From Myxococcota bacterium (GTDB lineage Bacteria; Myxococcota_A; UBA9160; JAFDDA01): 64,000 nt of DNA. Numbering within the stretch: position 1 is the first letter of the stretch; every line of letters begins with the position of its first letter. This document shows positions 59,351 through 64,000 of the stretch, piece after piece. Location of the stretch: positions 1,024,001 through 1,088,000 of the forward strand of contig OZ245817.1 of NCBI GenBank assembly GCA_965228475.1, in the 5' to 3' direction. Under the pieces are notes generated by a model, which saw only the letters and a program-made list of their open reading frames with translations, was not told where the DNA came from and ran no database searches. Made by a program: the position numbers and the translations under genes.

Positions 59351-59905
59351 ATGTCCGACTGTGCGCTGGACGGGGCGGCTGACGAAGTCCTCATGGCGCG
59401 TTACGTCGCCGGCGATGCGAACGCGTTCGAGGCGCTGTTCCATCGCTACGAGCGCCGCGCCTACGTCTACTTCCTCAAGCGGACCGGGTCGCCCGAGCGT
59501 TCTCAGGATCTCTACCAGGAGCTCTTCCTTCGGATTCATCGCGCTCGCGACCGGTATGACCCGGCGCGGCCCTTCACTCCGTGGTTCTTCCAGATCGCGA
59601 ACCGGCTGCTCGTGGACGACCATCGCCGAGCCTTTCGAAGTCGCGAGGTGGCCATCGAGGGTCGGGAGCTCAGAGCGAGCGTTTCAGAAGGTGGCGATCG
59701 CCTTGCCGCGCGCGAGCAGCTCGACCGGATCTTCGACGAGCTGTCGCCGGACGAACGCTACGTGCTGCTCTCTGCGAGAGTCGAGGGCATCGGCTACACG
59801 GAGCTCGCCGAGCACCTCGGGAAGTCGGTCGACGCCGTCAAGAAGATGGCGTCGAGGGCCGTCCAGCGGCTGCGGCGCCTCGAGGCGTTGGAGGCCTCCG
59901 GGTAG
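59351..59905 (+). CDS. ECF RNA polymerase sigma factor
   Basis: Region 2 DLYQELFLRIHRAR...WFFQIANRLLVDDHR; region 4 YTELAEHLGKSVDAVKKMASRA. Confidence 0.93.
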   Translation: MSDCALDGAADEVLMARYVAGDANAFEALFHRYERRAYVYFLKRTGSPERSQDLYQELFLRIHRARDRYDPARPFTPWFFQIANRLLVDDHRRAFRSREVAIEGRELRASVSEGGDRLAAREQLDRIFDELSPDERYVLLSARVEGIGYTELAEHLGKSVDAVKKMASRAVQRLRRLEALEASG

Positions 59906-59959
59906 GGGGTCTCGGTCGCGGCCCCAACCTGCTGCAACGGAACAGAGACGAGAGGGAAG

Positions 59960-60670
59960 ATGGTAGGGGACGACGAGCGAACGCCCGTCGATCTGCGCGA
60001 CGGCGTTCGATCTGGGATTCTCGCGACGATCACGCGCGACGTCGAGCTACGGGGCGGCCGGACGGCACGTCTTCTGGCCGCGGCCGGGGTCGCTGGCGTG
60101 GCGGCCGCCGTCGGCGTCACGTTGTTGGTTTCGACCCACCCATTTGACCACCACCCCCCCTGGCACGTGGCGATGTTCAGCGCCGTCTGGGCAGGGCTGC
60201 TCGTGGTGAGCTTCGCCATCGCCTTTCTCGAAGTTCGGACGCCCTCGCTGCCGCTGGCGCGCGCTACTTCCGTAGGCTTGTTGGGTCTCGGACTGGCCGG
60301 GGTGTGCGGGGCCGTTTGCCCGGACCACCATTTCCTCCACTGGTGGTCGGCTTCGTCAGCTGGGGCTCCGCTGACCCAAGCAGGAGGTCTCGCACTCAGT
60401 GCGCTCTGCTTCGGCTTCTGCACGACTCTGCTCGTGGGTCTGATCTCGGCATTTCTGCTTCTGGGTGACCGGGCGCACGCCCACGTTCCCCCGAGCCTCG
60501 CCGCTGCGGTGCTCTTCGTTCTGTTGATTCCTGGCGTGGCGCTGCAATCTTTCGGGACCTCCATCGCGGTGTTCTGCGCCTGGCTGCTGGGGACAGGGAT
60601 CGGAGCCTACGTTGGCGTTGCCGGCGGCGCGCGTCTCGGTGCTCAGATCAAGGCCGCCCGACCGGGCTGA
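59960..60670 (+). CDS. Putative membrane anti-sigma factor with His/Cys motifs
   Basis: Directly downstream of the ECF sigma; short soluble N-terminus, about six TM segments, [19 protein letters not shown]. Confidence 0.72.
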   Translation: MVGDDERTPVDLRDGVRSGILATITRDVELRGGRTARLLAAAGVAGVAAAVGVTLLVSTHPFDHHPPWHVAMFSAVWAGLLVVSFAIAFLEVRTPSLPLARATSVGLLGLGLAGVCGAVCPDHHFLHWWSASSAGAPLTQAGGLALSALCFGFCTTLLVGLISAFLLLGDRAHAHVPPSLAAAVLFVLLIPGVALQSFGTSIAVFCAWLLGTGIGAYVGVAGGARLGAQIKAARPG

Positions 60671-60699
60671 GCGGCTCTCGCCATCGCCTTGTCGAGTCT

Positions 60700-60724
60700 G
60701 TCACCGTCGTCCACCACGGCCGTA
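60700..60724 (+). promoter_or_regulatory. ECF-type promoter motif (probably leaderless mRNA)
   Basis: GTCACC-N15-CGTA, with ATG 8 nt downstream. Confidence 0.78.
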
Positions 60725-60732
60725 ATCCGGGC

Positions 60733-61185
60733 ATGCGTGGTATCCGGCTGGGTCTGGCGGCGGTGGTTGGGGCACTTCTGATCCAGCTGGTGCCTCACGG
60801 CCGCGATCATTCGAATCCGCCCGTGACGGTCGAGCCCGATTGGGACGCGCCGGAGACTCGGGAGCTTTTCTTCCGCGCCTGCAGGGATTGCCACAGCAAC
60901 GAGACGATCTGGCCCTGGTACAGCTCGATCGCTCCGATGTCCTGGCTCGTTGCCAGGGACGTGACGGAGGGCCGGTCCCACTTCAACGTCTCGGAGTGGG
61001 GTAGGGAGGGAAACCACGGCGAGGACGCCGCCGACCTGGTGCGGGAAGGGGAGATGCCGCCCTGGTTCTACCTCCCGGCGCACCCCGAGGCGCAGCTCGC
61101 CGAGCAGGACCGGGAGGCGCTCGTGGCCGGCCTGAGGGCCACCTTCGGCGAGGGGGGGCACGAACACCATGACCACGTTCGCTGA
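60733..61185 (+). CDS. Heme-binding-domain cytochrome c (Haem_bd-like)
   Basis: [26 protein letters not shown], His-rich tail. Confidence 0.88.
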   Translation: MRGIRLGLAAVVGALLIQLVPHGRDHSNPPVTVEPDWDAPETRELFFRACRDCHSNETIWPWYSSIAPMSWLVARDVTEGRSHFNVSEWGREGNHGEDAADLVREGEMPPWFYLPAHPEAQLAEQDREALVAGLRATFGEGGHEHHDHVR

Positions 61186-61193
61186 GGGGGGGC

Positions 61194-61222
61194 TGGACAG
61201 ATACCCCTTGGGGGTATAGGTT
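61194..61222 (+). promoter_or_regulatory. Sigma70 promoter with CsoR-type operator in the spacer
   Basis: TGGACA-17-TAGGTT; palindrome ATACCCC-ttg-GGGGTAT (61201-61217). Confidence 0.85.
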
Positions 61223-61228
61223 CATGGC

Positions 61229-61516
61229 ATGCGTGAAGAAACTCGACAACAAGCCCAGCGGAGGATTCGAAAGATCGCGGGTCAGGTCGCTGGCCTCGAA
61301 CGCATGGTCGATGAGGACCGCTACTGCGTAGACATCCTCCTTCAAGTGGCAGCAGCACGCGCGGCCCTCGACGGCGCGGGCAAACTCCTTCTGAACGCGC
61401 ACCTCGAGACGTGCGTGGCGGAGGCGCTCGCATCCGACAAACCGAAGGCGCGCAAAGAGAAGCTCTCCGAGCTGATGGACGTCTTCTCGAAGTTCGTGCA
61501 CATTGGGGGGCGGTAG
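61229..61516 (+). CDS. csoR: CsoR family copper-sensing repressor
   Basis: [27 protein letters not shown] (Cys-His-Cys ligands). Confidence 0.93.
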   Translation: MREETRQQAQRRIRKIAGQVAGLERMVDEDRYCVDILLQVAAARAALDGAGKLLLNAHLETCVAEALASDKPKARKEKLSELMDVFSKFVHIGGR

Positions 61517-61517
61517 G

Positions 61518-63827
61518 GTGACTTCCCTGGCTGCGAGCACGGTCGATCCGGTCTGCGGAATGCCAGTCGATCCGTCGGGCCCGCACCGGCACGACTTCGA
61601 AGGCACGACGTACGGATTCTGCTCTGCCGGCTGCCTCTCCCGCTTCCGAGACGACCCCCTTCGCTACATCGCGCGCGCACCGGGTGAGCGGGAGCCGGAG
61701 GCCGCCGCGCCAGGGACGCTCTGGACGTGCCCGATGCATCCGGAAATTGTTTGGGAGGGACCGGGATCCTGTCCGATCTGTGGCATGGCTCTCGAGGCGA
61801 TGACCCCAACCGAGACCGACGACAACCCCGAGCTCGCGGAGATGTCGCGGCGCTTCTGGTTCAGTCTGGTCTTTACGCTGCCGGTCTTCGCCATCGCGAT
61901 GGGCGAGATGTTCCACGGCAGCCCCATCCGGGCTCGGTTCTCTGCCCAGACGCTCACGTGGCTCCAGCTCCTCCTGGGCACGCCCGTCGTGCTTTGGGGC
62001 GGCTGGCCGTTCTTCGTCCGAGGGTGGATGTCCCTACGGACGATGCACCTGAACATGTTCACGCTCATAGCTGTTGGGACGGGTGCGGCATGGCTGTACA
62101 GCACGGTGGCGACGGTGCTGCCCGGCATCTTCCCCGCCTCGTTCCGCGGTGCCGATGGCCAGGTGGCCGTCTACTTCGAAGCGGCTGCGGTGATCGTGAC
62201 GCTCGTGCTTCTCGGCCAGGTGCTCGAGCTTCGAGCGCGGAGCCAAACGGGTGCTGCGATCCGCGCCCTGCTAGGCCTTGCACCGAAAACGGCTCGACGC
62301 CTGAACGACGACGGATCCGAAGAGGACGTGGCGCTCGACCTCGTCCGGGTAGGGGACCGGCTCCGGGTCCGGCCCGGCGAGAAGGTTCCTGTCGATGGCG
62401 TGGTGCTCGAGGGCGACAGTGCGGTCGACGAATCGATGATCACCGGCGAGCCGATCCCGGTGTCGAAGCGCGACGGGGACGAGGTGACGGGCGCCACCGT
62501 CAACGGCACGGGCTCCCTCGTGATTCGGGCCGAGCGGGTTGGGGCAGAGACACTGCTGGCCCAGATCGTCCAGATGGTGGCCGAAGCTCAGCGCAGTCGC
62601 GCGCCGATCCAACGCCTGGCGGATGTCGTCGCCGCCTATTTCGTGCCTGCTGTGATCGGGGTCGCGATGCTTACTGCCATCGTGTGGGGTAGCTGGGGCC
62701 CTGAGCCGCGCATGGCGTACGCACTCATCAGCGCGGTCGCCGTGCTGATCATCGCGTGTCCGTGCGCCTTGGGCCTCGCGACACCGATGTCAATCATGGT
62801 TGCGACGGGCAAGGCGGCGACCGCTGGGGTCCTGTTCAAGAACGCCCAAGCCATCGAGCTCCTGCGGGACGTCGATACCATCGTCGTGGACAAGACGGGC
62901 ACGCTCACGGAGGGCAAGCCCAAGCTGATCGAGGTCGTCGCCACCGAGCCCTTCGACGAAGAGGAGATCTTGAGTCTCGTCGGATCGCTCGAGCGCGCGA
63001 GCGAGCACCCGCTCGCCCAGGCCATCGTCCAGGGCGCGCTCGACCGGGGCATCGCCCTGGCCGCCGCGGAGGGCTTCGAGTCGCGAACGGGCCGCGGCGT
63101 GGTGGGCCGTGTGGCCGGCCGAAAGGTTGGGATCGGGAACCGGCGGCTGATGGGAGAACTGGGCGCTCGCCCCGATGCGCTGGCCGACGCTGCCGACTCC
63201 ATGCGCTCCGATGCGCAGACCGTGATGTACGTGGCCGTGGACGAGGCACTCGGCGGGCTCGTCGGAGTCGCAGATCCAATCAAGGACACGACTGCGGCGG
63301 CGGTGGACGGACTCCATGCCGAGGGGCTTCGGGTCGTGGTGTTGACGGGAGACAACGAGACGACCGCAAGGGCGGTGGCCGCCCGGCTCGGCCTCGACGA
63401 GGTCGTCGCGGACGTGCTGCCCGAGCAGAAGGCCGAGGCTGTCCGCCGACTCCAGGCGGCGGGGCGCATCGTGGCGATGGCCGGCGACGGCGTGAACGAC
63501 GCACCGGCACTGGCGCAAGCCCACGTCGGGATCGCCATGGGGACGGGGACCGACGTCGCCATGGAGAGCGCGGGCGTGACGCTCGTACGAGGCGACCTCC
63601 GGGGGATCCTCCGCGCTCGCCGACTCAGTCGGCAAACCATGCGGAACATCCGTCAGAACCTCTTCTTTGCATTCGTCTACAACGCGCTGGGGGTCCCGGT
63701 CGCGGCTGGCGCTCTTTATCCGACCTTCGGGCTGCTCTTGAGCCCGATGATCGCTGCAGCCGCCATGAGCCTCAGCTCCGTGTCAGTGATCGCGAACTCG
63801 CTCCGACTTCGGACCGTCGATGTCTAG
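61518..63827 (+). CDS. copA: Cu(I)-translocating P1B-type ATPase with YHS and CPMHPE domains
   Basis: DPVCGM...FCS..C, CPMHPE...CPICGM, TGEP, CPC, DKTGT, SEHP, GDGVND, YN, MSLSS. Confidence 0.96.
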   Translation: MTSLAASTVDPVCGMPVDPSGPHRHDFEGTTYGFCSAGCLSRFRDDPLRYIARAPGEREPEAAAPGTLWTCPMHPEIVWEGPGSCPICGMALEAMTPTETDDNPELAEMSRRFWFSLVFTLPVFAIAMGEMFHGSPIRARFSAQTLTWLQLLLGTPVVLWGGWPFFVRGWMSLRTMHLNMFTLIAVGTGAAWLYSTVATVLPGIFPASFRGADGQVAVYFEAAAVIVTLVLLGQVLELRARSQTGAAIRALLGLAPKTARRLNDDGSEEDVALDLVRVGDRLRVRPGEKVPVDGVVLEGDSAVDESMITGEPIPVSKRDGDEVTGATVNGTGSLVIRAERVGAETLLAQIVQMVAEAQRSRAPIQRLADVVAAYFVPAVIGVAMLTAIVWGSWGPEPRMAYALISAVAVLIIACPCALGLATPMSIMVATGKAATAGVLFKNAQAIELLRDVDTIVVDKTGTLTEGKPKLIEVVATEPFDEEEILSLVGSLERASEHPLAQAIVQGALDRGIALAAAEGFESRTGRGVVGRVAGRKVGIGNRRLMGELGARPDALADAADSMRSDAQTVMYVAVDEALGGLVGVADPIKDTTAAAVDGLHAEGLRVVVLTGDNETTARAVAARLGLDEVVADVLPEQKAEAVRRLQAAGRIVAMAGDGVNDAPALAQAHVGIAMGTGTDVAMESAGVTLVRGDLRGILRARRLSRQTMRNIRQNLFFAFVYNALGVPVAAGALYPTFGLLLSPMIAAAAMSLSSVSVIANSLRLRTVDV

Positions 63828-64000
63828 CCCTCTACGCTATGGGGGGTCTCCAGATGGGTGAATCCGCCGAGCCCCGGGCGCGGCGCTTCTGCCTCCATCG
63901 AATCGAGATGGCTCGAGCCGCGGCGCGCACCGGCTCCCGACTCGGTGGAGATCGAACATCCAAGGAGGTCCGCGCGGCCTCGTGAGGAATCCGACCCATG

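Larger units (their letters stand above)
16397..64000. mobile_element. tRNA-Thr-integrated copper/heavy-metal genomic island; right end not seen
   Basis: tRNA 3' remnant plus adjacent integrase, followed by dense metal-resistance cargo. Extent is inferred. Confidence 0.65.

Noticed and set aside
63830..63850. G-tract after the ATPase as a second CsoR operator
   Set aside because: The left arm lacks the C-tract, so symmetry is poor.

Overview
High-GC bacterial window (taxon not determinable from the sequence alone) with three zones. (1) 1-6300, apparent host backbone: the 3' part of an RHS/YD-repeat protein, a TetR plus ferritin-like diiron protein operon, and a broken aminoglycoside/homoserine-kinase-like phosphotransferase. 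(2) About 6300-16390, a defence island: GHKL/MORC-like ATPase, small conserved ORF, C5 DNA methyltransferase, an unknown ORF coupled to a PD-(D/E)XK nuclease, a Fic pseudogene, a GmrSD-like DUF262 protein, a second putative nuclease and a K+ channel. (3) From a degenerate tRNA-Thr(CGT) att-like copy and a tyrosine integrase at 16.4-17.8 kb to the window end, a copper/heavy-metal island: cusCBA-like pump, copAB, a second RND pump with two lesions, CsoR plus P1B-ATPase, four c-type cytochromes, a porin and redox modules. The main finding is a bipartite motif, GTCAC(C/G)-N15-CGTA, found by eye nine times exactly and once with one mismatch, each time correctly oriented just upstream of a transcription unit. 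It points to an island-wide ECF sigma regulon, plausibly driven by the sigma at 59351-59905 and controlled by two paralogous His/Cys-rich membrane anti-sigma candidates. All product calls are from motif recognition; no searches were run.
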